Source: Cyanidioschyzon merolae (lineage: Eukaryota). From it: a stretch of DNA of 64,000 bases. The stretch lies in NCBI GenBank assembly GCA_000091205.1, contig AP006496.2. One strand, written 5' to 3'. This document shows, in pieces, positions 1 to 12,167 of this stretch. Position 1 is the stretch's first letter; the number at the start of each line of letters is the position of its first letter. The notes under the pieces are model-generated. The model was not told the DNA's origin, searched no databases, and saw only the letters and a list, made by a program, of their open reading frames with translations. Both the position numbers and the translations under genes were made by a program.

Positions 1-2823
1 CCAGTGAGATGAGTCTACTAGGGGTAAAAAGCCCACAGGGCGTGCCCCGTGAAGCGCTCCACATTGGCTCGCATATGCTTTTGGTTTTCAGAATGCTTCG
101 ATACTTTGTCGCATCTATCCTGCGGTTAGGACGGTCACAGACGTGGCAACGCGACGCGACAAGGCATTCTGGCACGTGTGTGTTTTTTTTTGCGATCCCT
201 GCTCCGACGATCACGCCATTCTGCATCCTCTGCCCGGGGTATATGTTGTGTCGTCGTACGAAGGTTTGATCGAAGAATTCCACAGGAGCGAGGACAACTG
301 GCACCTATGCGTACGGATCTCGTGAGGAAACTTCCTCGACGAGGTGCGTCAAGACGTGCAAAGCGAGGTAAACCCTCGTCAACGGACAAACCGAGCGATC
401 TCCAATAGCGTCCGGCATATCTTTTTGGAAGATTTGTCCTGGCGCTACGTCCTCGTAGAAAAGCTTTTACAACGGTTTCAGGTTGATCTCCCGGCTCGGA
501 AAGTTTCTCGTTTCGGTACCTTCTCGTCCTCTTTTCGGGAGGATTTCTCCTTTTCATCCGATGACTCCTTCTCCATTTCGTTTCTTTCGCGATGTGGCAT
601 GGATGCGATTGTTGTACTCCATACCTGGTTTCTGTCGGGATTCAGATGCGCTGGATTACGGGTGATACCAGGATCCGCATTCTCTATGTATGTATCTACT
701 ATTCCTCAGATAACTTTTGGTGAACTTCTCCGTCGCGAGCTTCTCTGCAGGCCGACAAAGGCATTGCCACCACCCGATGCGCACGAACTGTAGCGTCACA
801 GCGCAGTTGAGGGCCGGTCAAGGTAGAGAACTACCTGCCAAGCAGCAATTCATCGAAAACCTTTCGTTTCACGGATGCAAACGACTCGTCTAGCGTTTCA
901 TGGCCGTAACTACGGTATCAAACAGCAGAGAAGACGCTTTCGTCTGGATTGAATCAGGGGAACACGACGACGCGAAGAGCAACAGAACACCAATCATAGC
1001 TGCGTACTCCTTTATTGCTTTGGTTGATCCAAAGCGAAGTTCTCTAATAGGTGGACAGAGGAATGCGGGAAGAGGAAGCTACGAAGAGTGCCAACACGAG
1101 GGTTAAGATGCTGAAGGATCCTGACCGTTTGGCGATGTTTGGGCGACCAGACCAGGGCGTCGCCGTATGGCTGACGTTGTCGTCATACTCGCTTCTCGCT
1201 TCTATGCGAGCACCAGCTTAGTCCTCTCTGCGCACTCGCATACAGATCTACCATTTCTCCCAAATAAAGCCTCATGAATGTAGGTGAACACCTGGCCCTC
1301 CAGTGCCAAGCGTTCGCATTTCACCAGGATATCGATCGTGCGTTATTCAACGCGTGACGCGTCTAGCGTAGAAATCTGTGTTGTTCTCGGTCCGATAGGG
1401 TGTCTTCATCACTGTCCGCAATAGCGGTCCGGATGCTTCACATCCTGTGGCTTCTTCTATAGTGCTTCCTGGGGAAATCAAGGCATGGATTGGATTGACG
1501 AGAACATAGTCGTTCAGATAGGGTTCGCCAGGTTCTGTCGTGGACGCAAAATGTTAATATTAGGGATCAGGAGAGCGGCGGCTCACCTAGCCGATGAACT
1601 ATGAACGACTGATTGATGAATGAGCGACCGTTTGAGGCATGCTAGCAGCGACAAAGTCAAGTCTTTATGGCACCTTCCTTCAATCTGCAGGTTACATTCT
1701 TTTTGTTGAATAGATACGAAAAAAATAAACAAAAATAAAAACAGGTGTGTGAGTACGGGTGTTCCAGAACCCACTGCTCAGAGTCTAACGTCTCCGGATT
1801 TCGCAGCAGAGCGCATGAGGTAGCGTGCACCCTCGGGCCCATTTCCTCGGTAACGATCATGACCTGAATAGGCGGCAAGCGTCGCAGAGCTTCGGTGCGC
1901 AGTGGCAGTGGGTCGCAAGCTCTGCGTTTACAGAGCATGCATCCAGCTTCAAAACGTTGAATGCCGGTCAGTTTTTCTGGATTTTCACCACGTCGCTCTC
2001 GCTTAACATAGACTGGAGGGAAGGAATTCGTCGACGTGGCGTACCGCGTGCACGACATAGCGTCAGCGGGGCTTTGCATTGCGCACTGCAGAGCCGGCTC
2101 TTCGGGCACCTATTTCGCTTCCACGAACTGCGTCATTCGTGCGACCGGGTTGGCGTCGAGGGCGCGCTCGCTTTCGAAACCCCATGGTTTCGAGCCGCTC
2201 GCGAGAAGCGACAGCTCGGTGAGCACACTCTAAAAGACCGCTGTTGCAACGAGACGGGTCGGTTTCCTTTGAAAACTTCACGGCACTGGGTCGTCAACAC
2301 GCGTACAGCCGGGGCTCTGGGTTACGGCACTGAGGTAAAACCTGTGACTTGCATATGGTCGACGTATTTGATCCCTGATCCAGATCCATAAAACTGTGTA
2401 ATCCAGGACGTAGTACTCCCGTTCCAGAAGAGCCCCGCAACTCCACTTTCAGAGAGCGATGCAACCAAACACCGCGCCGCTGCATACCGTTAACCTAGCA
2501 GGCTCCTTCGTTAACGAGGCACCAAAAAGGCAAAGACGAGCACCGCCACAGAGTCCCAGAGACTCTATGCAATATCTCTTGCCTCCAAGCGCAAGGCTAG
2601 GGGGGCTTGAGAACGCCCGAACAACGGCGTGCAGGGTCCATTGCCCCAGACAAACACGTGCCCGCAAAATCCGGTCCCAATAATAGACACAACGTGATAG
2701 CGTCAGTGCAATGTACAATGTATGGAGGCTTGAGTCCGCCAGTCGGAAACCGCATACATTGCCAGAAGAGCCTACGTGTTTCCGTGAGCAGTTGGTGCAC
2801 CGCCTGCGATACGAGGCGCGCCG

Positions 2824-3264
2824 ATGCCCACTCGAAGCGCGCGCGCGCGCGCAGGCACGCCGCCTCGTCTGATAAGAGACTCTTCGTCGTCTGCCGCGGC
2901 TTTGTTGAGTGTTATTCTCCTGTACGCAGCTCTTGCTCCAGTGGGTACAGGCGCGACGCATACCATGTCAGGTTCGCTATGGAAACAACTGCTTACGCGC
3001 GGTAGCTCCTGGATAGAACCTTCAGCGTCTCCCGAGGCGTGGGAAACGACAGCTGAACTTCGCAGGAAGCTTCTGTACACACACCTAAACGCTTTGCCAG
3101 CTCGTTGGCAGGCCGCACAGAACGAGTTCAGGGCGCTGCTGGACAAGATGCGCGCGAAGCAGGTCACCGTCGAAGAGGCCGGGTGGTTCGGCGTGCGCTG
3201 TGTTGAGCTGTATGCATTCTATTGTTTGGGGGTCGTGATCGGGGCGCGCTCCCTCCAGCCGTGA
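2824..3264 (+). CDS. Mitochondrial F1Fo ATP synthase subunit g (probable true start at Met ~2965, 'MSGSLWKQ…')
   Basis: C-terminal 'QVTVEEAGWFGVRCVELYAFYCLGVVIGARSL' closely parallels the subunit-g C-terminus (human ATP5MG '…TVKEAVLNGLVATEVLMWFYVGEIIGKRGIIGY'). Size (~100 aa) fits. The first 47 codons of the ORF are probably an upstream extension. Confidence 0.5.
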   Translation: MPTRSARARAGTPPRLIRDSSSSAAALLSVILLYAALAPVGTGATHTMSGSLWKQLLTRGSSWIEPSASPEAWETTAELRRKLLYTHLNALPARWQAAQNEFRALLDKMRAKQVTVEEAGWFGVRCVELYAFYCLGVVIGARSLQP

Positions 3265-3693
3265 GCACCGGCTGCGCCGGCCCCACGACTGTGCAGCGCT
3301 CTATAGCCTGGGGTCCGTGACACGCACCGTGCCCCGATCAATTTGCTTCTGAGTCTACAGGCGCGAGTATGCGTGCGGAAGGTCTTTTTGATTCAGAGTT
3401 TTACGAGGATGACCTGGGTATGATCATACGAGATAAAGTGTGCAGCGGGTCCTGCGTTGGAGGCCCTCTCATCCACCTGAATCCAGCTTCATGGTGAGCT
3501 CCGGCTCGCGCGGGGCGTTGCCCACAAGCACGCGTGCGCACTTCGTGCATGCCTCTCGGTTAGACGTTGTAAAACAGATCAATACCGCAATGATGGCGTC
3601 CATGATTGTACGCAGCAGAGCGATCATGCCGATGCGCTATCTGCCGCACCAGGAACGTTACCGTTGACGGGGATACGTTGTTCGCATCCTCTA

Positions 3694-4311
3694 TCACGCA
3701 TGTGCCATGCGCCTCCTTGGTGTTTTCGCACCGCCCGGTGTGCGCCTCTCTCGACTAGTGCTGCGCGCACGCTGCGGCCGTTGGAAACGTTTCCTGAGCC
3801 CCTGGTCCAGGCCGAGGAACGCCAGCACCTCCACGAAAACAAAGAGCGGTGCGCTCGCAAACGCCTGAATGAGGTTATCCAGCAGCGCCGGGCGACGTTT
3901 CTCCAGCCATTCATGAGCAGCAAACTGAGCAGACCACCCCAGCAACTGGATGACGAGAAACGCAGACCAAACGACCTGTGCGTCAGGGGCGCGAAGCAGA
4001 AGCGCTCTGCCCGCAAGGTACAGAGGCAGGACCATCACTAGCGCTGCACTTGCTCCCAGAAGCGGCGAAAGCACGATATAATACAGCGCATAGGCTACAG
4101 CGACTATCAGTCCGAGATCGAGCTTCACACCACCGAGCGAAACGCGCCACTGCGCTAGCGCTGCTAGCGCACTGCCAAGCAGCAACGGAACGAACACCAC
4201 GTGGACCAACTGATTGACAGGGTGCGCGTGATATTTTAGATAAAATCCATACTGTTCAGCAAAGTCAAGACTTAAGACTGCTGCTGTATGTCGCTTCCGC
4301 TCCCCCGTCAT
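3694..4311 (-). CDS. Mpo1/YGL010w-like (DUF962) membrane protein
   Basis: N-terminus 'FAEQYGFYLKYHAHPVNQLVHVVFVPLLL' matches the DUF962 signature (F..FY..YH....N..IH..GVP.I), followed by 3-4 hydrophobic helices. The ORF is uninterrupted at 205 aa. Confidence 0.5.
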   Translation of the reverse strand: MTGERKRHTAAVLSLDFAEQYGFYLKYHAHPVNQLVHVVFVPLLLGSALAALAQWRVSLGGVKLDLGLIVAVAYALYYIVLSPLLGASAALVMVLPLYLAGRALLLRAPDAQVVWSAFLVIQLLGWSAQFAAHEWLEKRRPALLDNLIQAFASAPLFVFVEVLAFLGLDQGLRKRFQRPQRARSTSRERRTPGGAKTPRRRMAHA

Positions 4312-4480
4312 GGTTCACGGAACTGTCGTGTGTGCTGTTCTGGAAGTCAACAAGCAGCCGCTTATTCAGAACGTTCCTGGTACGCGAATTGCGCGCAGAG
4401 CGCACTGCACGTGCGCGATCGCAGATTTTTCTCGATTTGCAAAAACTTTTACGTAGACCATGGATCCCAGATTGTGGGAT

Positions 4481-4592
4481 GCATTGGCATTGGCATTGGC
4501 ATTGGCATTGGCATTGGCATTGACATTGGCATTGGCATTGGCATTGGCATTGGCATTGACATTGGCATTGGCATTGGCATTGGCATTGACAT
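4481..4592. repeat. (CATTGG)n hexanucleotide microsatellite, ~18 units with occasional GACATT variants
   Basis: Direct reading: 'gcattggcattggcattg…gacattggcattg…'. It produces artefactual poly-dipeptide ORFs in all frames (HWHWHW, CQCQCQ, LALALA, ANANAN). Confidence 0.95.
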
Positions 4593-4739
4593 TCGGGAAA
4601 GCGTCCATCATGTTGCGACACCCTACTTCCAAGTTCCATGACCCATACTTCCTCTTTGGTATACTGGTCGTTTCGTATGTTCTATCGTGCGCCGAGTACC
4701 TGCTTTGAACCCCAGCACAAGCACCGCTACCGCTGGAAC

Positions 4740-5075
4740 AGATACTGCACGGAGACAGAACGGCTTTGCTATACCGCTGAGGGTATCGGGCTGAGGCGTG
4801 GTTGGCGCGATACCGGGTCGGAGTACACCGTAACTCTGGGATCGCTCGAGCAGAGACTGCACGGAGACAGAACGGCTTTGCTATACCGCTGAGGGTATCG
4901 GGCTGAGGCGTGGTTGCCGCGATACCGGGTCGGAGTACATCGTAACTCTGGGATCGCTCGAGCAGATACTGCACGGAGACAGAACGGCTTTGCTATACCG
5001 CTGAGGGTATCGGGCTGAGGCGTGGTTGCCGCGATACCGGGTCGGATTACACCGTAACTCTGGAATCCTGCAAGC
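4740..5075. repeat. ~114-bp tandem repeat (minisatellite/satellite-like), ~2.9 units
   Basis: The unit 'agatactgcacggagacagaacggctttgctataccgctgagggtatcgggctgaggcgtggttg[g/c]cgcgataccgggtcggagtaca…ctcgagcag' recurs head-to-tail at ~4740, ~4854 and ~4968. Overlapping minus-strand ORFs share the repeated peptide 'RPGIAATTPQPDTLSGIAKPFCLRAVS'. Confidence 0.9.
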
Positions 5076-7035
5076 TGTGCAGAGAGACGTACTGCGGTCG
5101 GTAGCACGTGGCGGCTTCGGTTTGTGTGCCTTGCTGAATGTTAGGTTCAGGATCTTTTGCAACGAGGTGGCGCATCTCGAGGTACGATCGATGCGCACCT
5201 GGTCCTGTCAATGTCACAAACCGCGAATCAGACTTTCGTCAAAGGTTAACAGTTCGCTGACGTGACCCTCAGGGTACCGGGCGTATAGTGTGCGCTCGCG
5301 GAGAGCGCCGCTGAGGATGCTGCGTTGATATACAGCAACTTCACCACGTCCAGGAGAACGTCGGCAGGGAGTCGAGATATTCGATGCGTCTGCTGCAACG
5401 TATGGCACATGACCCTGGATGAACAGCCGTGCATGTGCATCGCATGACTTCTGTGGGGTTTCTTGCGAGATACGTCGATCAGTTGGTCAGAGTCCGGGGC
5501 CACAGCTGTTTCTTCAGATCGATCACAAGTAAAGAATGAGTTCGGTAATACGTCGCCGCTCCGAGGGCGCGATATGCGCATGCCCTGAGTCACGGGGTAT
5601 GGCGGATCGGCGAGAACGTCAGTGCTGCTCGCTTGTACCCTACCAAGCGGAACAAATCGACACAAACGAGCTATTTTGTTGTCATGATACCTCGAAGATC
5701 CGGCAGACGGACCACGAACCTGAAGTGCAGTGTTTCTGCATATGCAACGCAAGAGCGCCAGCGCCGGGTTCCGTGTCCGGAAGATGTGCGCAGCCTCGTT
5801 GAACCCGAACCCAGGTTGTTTTGAGAGCGAACCCCAAGTTGATTTGCAGCAGCCGCAACGATCGTCGCATGCTTCTTGTTCGTTTCTGACCGACGTGACT
5901 GCATCCAGCGCGCGGAGATGAGCAAGTATTCAGGCCTGCCGAGCGTTCGAGGAAAATCCAGAGTCCTAAGCTGCATGGACAAAGCAACTGCATCTGCCAC
6001 GTAGCCACGGCACTGTAGCGTCAACAATTGCGATGCACCGGAGGCTTCTCCGCATGCAATCGCAGGGATCGTGAGCCTTGTTCGCTGCTGTATAGCAGGA
6101 ACTTGATTCAACTCGCAGTCGTGCAGCATCCATCGCATCTCCAAATGCTTTGTTCGCGAGACTTGCGGATATAACGCTCGCTGCGCAGCGTTCTTGAATA
6201 TGATCGCTGACGGCTTCATATGCGGAGCAAAAACCTGCTAGGCACATCTGGGCAAAATTACCGTGACGACGGCATCTCGGCGCCTCGAGCTCCGGATCCG
6301 ACGTACGCCGCTACGGTGCACATGCACGAGATCTCGCTCGCGAAAGTAGTGTGATCCTTTTTTCGTATCATTTGCCACCTAAAATAGCAGTTTGTGATCA
6401 GTCTCGGAGGTTCGGGTCAGATATGAGAGCACGTACACGCTCCGAATAGCACCGTTTCATTGCCTTGGGGATTCCAGCGTCCAGTGCTTCGCCTGGCGTG
6501 CGTCATTGCTGTGACGCTCGAACGCCCAGCGCACCGGCAGACGCACATCGCACCAGTGTGCCGAGCATTCGCGCTGATTCCGGAGACAGATTTATAAACG
6601 GAGCCTTTAAATCGAGTCAACAATCCCCAGTCCTAACTTTCATTGAACAGGCTCCATGCTGTACCTGGTTGTTCATGCAGTGTAAGCGCGTGCTCGAGCG
6701 AACGAGTCATGAAAAGGTCTGGCAGTCGAGCGCATGCCCGTACGCAACAGATGGTGTGCATATGACTCGATGCAGAGCGCACTCGAGCGCATGTCGAGCT
6801 GTGCCCAGCACGCTGTCTATCCCTGGATTCGCGAACGGTACGCTTGAATTACGATCCGTTCAGCTGCAAAAGGCACATACCTCGGACATCCGGTTCTCGA
6901 TAGAGATATCGCAAGCTGGAGATGGTTTGCATGGTGCCGGAGAATGAAATCCGTTCTTATCGCACAGGCATACACCGATGCGCCGTTTCTGCAACATAGC
7001 GTCATACCAGAAAGGCAAAAGCTTCGTGCACAGAG

Positions 7036-7250
7036 CAGACAAACGACACTGATTGCGCTGCATCGTTGCTAAGAGTGATGCTATGCTATGCGGCGGTATA
7101 CGCCATGACCTGAGCATCTCGTGCGTTTTCTGAGGTATGCACCAAGCAAACAGACGGCACTGTTTGCGCTGCATCCTTACTAAGAGTGATGCTATGCTAT
7201 GCGGCGGTATACGCCATGACCTGATCATCTCTTGTCTCTGCCTCTGAGGC
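7036..7250. repeat. ~115-bp tandem duplication (2 units)
   Basis: '…cactg[a/t]ttgcgctgcatc[g/c]tt[g/a]ctaagagtgatgctatgctatgcggcggtatacgccatgacctga[g/t]catctc…' occurs twice in tandem. The duplicated peptide 'MLRSWRIPPHSIASLL' appears in minus-frame ORF 6860..7228. Confidence 0.85.
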
Positions 7251-7308
7251 GCTCGTCACTGTATGCATCCTCAGGAAAATCAACGGGAGCAGGAGCCAGC
7301 CCGCTCGT

Positions 7309-7941
7309 CTATTCGCGTACTTCGATGCAACGACGCGGACGAGGCCGCTCCGGAGGTGCTGGTAAAGGCTCCTGCTCGAGTTCTGGTGCAACCACTATTT
7401 CGTTGGGCTCAGGAACAAGTTCTGCCGGTTGCGATGTTTCCTCTTTCTGTTTGGACTCGTGGCCAAAGCGTTCGCGAAAAAAGCGGACAACATCATCCAT
7501 GCTCTGCCTCAGGTCCTTTCGAAGCGATGACGGGCGTGTATCCTTTGCCCAGGGCACATAGCGACCAAACCCTTGACCAACACCGACACAGCCGAACCCT
7601 ATGCCTACGCCGCAACCCGTGAACGCCCTCGGTGCCTGGATGCCGTAGCGACGCACGCTCTCAAACGACCAACCAAGCGCTAGCAAACAACAGCCGGTGC
7701 CACAGCCGAGAATCGCTACACCGGCCGGAGGCAAAAAAGATGGCAGTTGCACCGCCGCAACTGCAGCGTGCTTCCAAGCGCTCGCACCCGAAAGCCGCCG
7801 CCGTGCACCAGTCCCTGTGCCAAGCGTCCAGCTTGGAGGTGCGTGCGGCTCCACCCAGGTCGACCGAAGCACGCTCGAACCAGCGTCCAACTGGTAGTTC
7901 AAGCTCCTCGCGAAACAGTTAAGTCCACACGCTTGTTCCAT
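7309..7941 (-). CDS. Hypothetical protein with glycine-zipper stretch (GxGxGxG) and acidic C-terminus
   Basis: Uninterrupted 210-aa ORF. 'FTGCGVGIGFGCVGVGQGFG' is a glycine-zipper-like hydrophobic motif, and the C-terminal 'DDVVRFFRERFGHESKQKEE…' looks protein-like. No family recognised, and overlapping plus-strand ORFs exist. Confidence 0.2.
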   Translation of the reverse strand: MEQACGLNCFARSLNYQLDAGSSVLRSTWVEPHAPPSWTLGTGTGARRRLSGASAWKHAAVAAVQLPSFLPPAGVAILGCGTGCCLLALGWSFESVRRYGIQAPRAFTGCGVGIGFGCVGVGQGFGRYVPWAKDTRPSSLRKDLRQSMDDVVRFFRERFGHESKQKEETSQPAELVPEPNEIVVAPELEQEPLPAPPERPRPRRCIEVRE

Positions 7942-9177
7942 AAAGGCTTAGACACAGGAGAATAAGTTATTGAAAGCAAAGCCAAGTGCAAAGGTGCTGT
8001 GGCTCTGCACCACCCCGGCATCGGTGCTTCGCGTTCCCGCCAGCACCTGCGCCGGAAGATTCTTCGCATTCGCCGGAGGCTCAGCACCGGCAACCCTTGT
8101 GCGGTACCAGAGCGCAGGCGTCGCTCAGTATAGAGGCGCCACGGCGGATGCTGAAGGTAGACTTTGCGAAACGTAGATCGTACGCAGTGACCAGCATCTC
8201 CGAGATACGTTTGGGTAGATGCTGGTGGTTCCCGGAACGCACACTGCGGAATGATCATGCCATCCCAGATGACGATATCCATCGTGGAATCTAAGATCCC
8301 TGGTGCATGTCACTCTATGCTGTCGATCAGAAACGAATTGCTATCATGGGCTGTAGAACGCGCCCGCACGACACGGGCGATGCCGCACGGTCTTTAGGTA
8401 GCACCCGTTGCCGTTTTGCAGGAGGCTTCTGTGAAACCAAAAGTTACTGCAGGCTCGGTACCCGCGGGGTTCCTGGAACGGGATAGGTTACCGCCCCAGC
8501 AGATGTAGCTCAAGCGGTAGAAGCACGCAGTCACTACAGACAAGACGAGATGCTTGAAAGTTGGAGGTTCACGCGTCCAAGGCGGTCCACTGGGGTACCA
8601 GACATGTGAAATCCGCTGGTGTTGAACCGAATTTGCGGTATCTCGGGGAAGCCCATGTATCCTCCATGTACGCTCATACAATTGGGCGCACGGATAATGC
8701 GATCGTTTCATCGCCATTGCAATATACAAGAAGCGGAGGGAATCTATCATCCGGTATCTTGGTTGCTCACACAGCTCGACACTGAGGTTAGATGCAACAT
8801 GCTCGGATGGTGCGCTTTGCAAAAGCATACCTGCAGCGGGTCTACGTCTCCCTAGATGAACACTGCACTGAAATTGCGGGACAGAAGCGTCCGCTGAACA
8901 TACCCGGTCTATACTTCGACATTTGGCAGCGTTTGCGCTTCCACGCGCGTCTATTTAGGGTCAGTAATCCAGCGTCTTCATCAAATGACGAGATCGGTAA
9001 AGACTACTAACCGCTAGAGCGGTTGTGTCGCATGACCTCATCCCGCGACAATGGATATCGATCCATGATATGGGCACTCATGTCAGAATCAAGTAGAAAA
9101 TGATCCACTTTGGTGAATCAGGTGTCCAGTCTAAAGTTTGGGTCTCGTCCCGCATTCATGAACCATGGCCTTTGGGG

Positions 9178-10440
9178 GCTTTTTTTTCTCGGCGACAGCT
9201 TCCAGTCGTTCTCTTCTTTACATCAAGATCAGTTTTCAGCAGTCGAGGGATGGATGTTGATGGCAGCGTTCAACGCCCGAATTCCCTGCTTTCCGCTACG
9301 TTCTATTCATTGAGCCGACAGACGCTACATGCGATCTACGCTTCGCATACGATACTCTTTTCTTCTGTATACAGCCTCGGTGCGCACGTCGCACCGTTGA
9401 CAAATGAATGCACAGGGGCGCTCCCATGCGCCCACGAGACGCGCTACTTACGGACAGCCGCTTTGTGGCGCTTGGACGTTGGCGTCATCGCCCGTTACAC
9501 ACCCTTGGCGCGATAAACAAGGCTGACCCAGAAATGCCCTCCGCAGTTTCCGCACCCGGTGTTGTGTCGCAGGTGCACGGGCTTGGTCTGTGCGATGCCC
9601 TCAGCGCATGCCCTCTGAACCGCACGCGCAAGAGCAAGCAGCACCACTCGATACAGGGTTTGCGGGACGCTTTCTTCCACGTCTTGAGACCAGTACCAGA
9701 CCGAACATCTAGACTTGAGAGCAGGTCGAGAAAATGCGATCCGTCTACGCCCCCGTTCATGGAAAGCGATGGCGGTCGTACCGCCAAATGCGATCGCATC
9801 GATGACTCAAGCGCGAGTCCAAGACCCTTTGCTGGCAAACAGATGAGCCGCCAGCCCCTGAGTGCATACCCCCTGAGAGGCACCGTGCCGCTGCCGTCGG
9901 ATGCCGAATGACATGTCGTCGACGGCCACCAAGAGCGGAGGGTATGTGTTTCGAGCTGAATCTGTTGCTTGATGAGACAGGTTCAGTGAACTTTCGGCAT
10001 GAGCGTCTGGGAAAGTCTCCAAAGCTGATGTAGAGTTTTTCCCCGTCGTCGTCCATCCAGCGGCGATGCCTGCTGCGCCCTCGTGCTGCCTTGAAGCAGA
10101 ACCATCGAAAACTTGAAGAATTCGGTATCTGAGCGTGCTGCAGGCAAGGAATGTTGAAACGCAGAGTCCGCATCGTATGATTCGGATAGTGCTCCCGTTC
10201 ACGTTACGAAGCGTAGATCGAGGGCGTCGACACTCCCCTTGTACCGTGCACATAACGATTTCCAGCGGCAAGGAGTCGAACGAGCCACTCGGAAAACTCG
10301 ACCGAGAACCCGGATTCAATGAATGCATCTGATAGCGCTCAATGCGGCATATCTACTGCCAACGCTCTACATCTACAAAGCAAGACTGAGAATGCAATCG
10401 CAAGGCAGCAATTGATCGAACGGTTCAGTGCTCCATTTTT
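9178..10440 (-). mobile_element. Dispersed repeat family 1, copy 1 (~1.26 kb; inverted relative to copies 2 and 3)
   Basis: Encodes the same ORF set as 12168..13440 on the opposite strand: the 65-aa ORF 'MLQARNVETQSPHRMIRIVLPF…' is identical, the 173-aa ORF identical, and the 138-aa ORF differs by 1 aa. Sequence correspondence starts at 'ggggggcttttttttctcggcgacag' and ends at 'ccatttttat'. Confidence 0.85.
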
Positions 10441-12167
10441 ATGGTGGCAGGTGTATAGAGTCTAGGATATGGTTTAAGGCGCAATATGGATGACGAAATG
10501 TAACGGATTGTCGCGGCATGAAGAGAAAATTTTAGATGTACGAGTATTCATGAAGCCAAGACTGTACTCATCTGACGAGCCGCTGCAAGCGACACAGTAC
10601 AAGTAACGCTGATCATTTTGACGATAGTGGACATTTTTCTTGTTGTGCATTGTGTACAACCTGGCGCATAAGCAGCGCGCGCTCTCCAGCAGTGGCTCTG
10701 CACCGCGACCGCAACTACCTCGTGTATTACACAATTCCCGCAACAGAGTACGCTCACCATCGACATGATCCGTCTCTAGTTGCGCGCTTACGGCGTTACA
10801 AGTTCCAGCTGGCGGCTATTCTGACACTATCGGGAAGTGCTCTGGTTGCAGACGGAGAACCGGAACCAGCGCGACGAAAGAGCTGCAGTCGAACCGCAAT
10901 TCTCTGATGCAAAGGTTCACAGAATGCTTCGTTCGTGATGCAGCGTGGAGAGAAGCAGTGCGCTCCCTCCATTGCCCCAAGTTCCTTTTCGTGAACTGAC
11001 CCGCAGGCACTACGGGCATCTTCCTGATACCGCCAGTCCGTTTATTGTTGCTGCTCGGGCAACTTGAAGTGCTAGACGGTTTCTGCTAGAAAACCCGCCA
11101 AAAAGCTTGCTATACGGCGTTTACATATGAATCTGCCTAGTAACCCTAGTCGTCCGGCGTTCTCGCTGGCCGAGGAGAACGTTGTCACTTCGGAATGCAG
11201 ATGCTGGCGCGACATCCTCGGCGCGATGCATTGCTGCCCAGAGAGTTCCACAATCGAATTTGTCTGTTTCGTGTCTGCCACAGCATGTGGAATACAAATG
11301 TTTGCCGAACAGAAGATTGAAAGTTCTCCAACAGGTCCGGTCGCTGCAGTGTGCAACGCCTGCGGAGGCGCTCCCGCGTTCGAGGTTATTTATTCAGAGG
11401 GTTTCAGGCACTCACGGTTTAAAAGCATGAACCAGACCCGATCGCACAACGGCTCGTACGATAGCTGTCGCTGTGTCGTCTTCGATACGCCGTGGCGAGG
11501 CACTGGCAAAGCTACCTCTCCATCAGTCCCTGGTGTGGCGCTGAGCTCGTGGCCCCAGGCTCTGAAGGTCTGGGGGCCCTTGGCTTCGCTGCAAGCGCGA
11601 GTTTTCCGTAAACAATGTTCGTAAAACTCTTCCAAAGCCTCACACAGACCACGATTCGATTCGTGCACGCCCATACCGTCAGTGCACCCGGCGTCAGGCG
11701 TGTCGTAAAGGTAACACTGGAGCCCGCTCGTTGCCCTGTTTGGAGGACGCTTGTGTGCTGTGTTGCAACTTGCTCGCCGAGCCACAGTCGTTCGCTAAAC
11801 GCACCAATTACACCATGTTAATCTCAAGTCCGAGTAGAGCACTGTTCGAAACGTCCTCTTTATGCCAGAGTCGAGAATGGCTCTTATTCGCAAACGGTCT
11901 GAAAGAAATAATGCGGCGGGTGTGCGGCGTCGCCCGTGTTCATCGAATATCCTGCATCGAGTTGGTGCTGCCAGGAGGATATTGTCGTGAATATCGATCA
12001 ACATTCATCCAAGACGCATGTACCTCCGGAGGGAAATATGGAGAGTAGTGGTTCGAACTTGAATCTACAGAGCGGTATCATGGATGCTCACGCTGAAACC
12101 GATAACCGTCACAGAATCAGGGCTCCCTGCTTTATGTCAATATTCTTCGACACTACACTGGCGACGG

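Noticed and set aside
1825-2961. 188-aa (+) and 170-aa (-) ORFs near the window start
   Set aside because: Arg/Ser/Cys-rich composition, mutually overlapping, and no recognisable family.
4265-4974. ORFs encoding poly-CQ, poly-HW, poly-LA and poly-AN dipeptide runs
   Set aside because: They are translations of the (CATTGG)n microsatellite in different frames and strands, not genes.
4740-7250. Possible CRISPR array suggested by regularly spaced repeats
   Set aside because: Units are contiguous tandem copies (114-115 bp) with no unique spacers. The context is eukaryotic and there are no cas genes.
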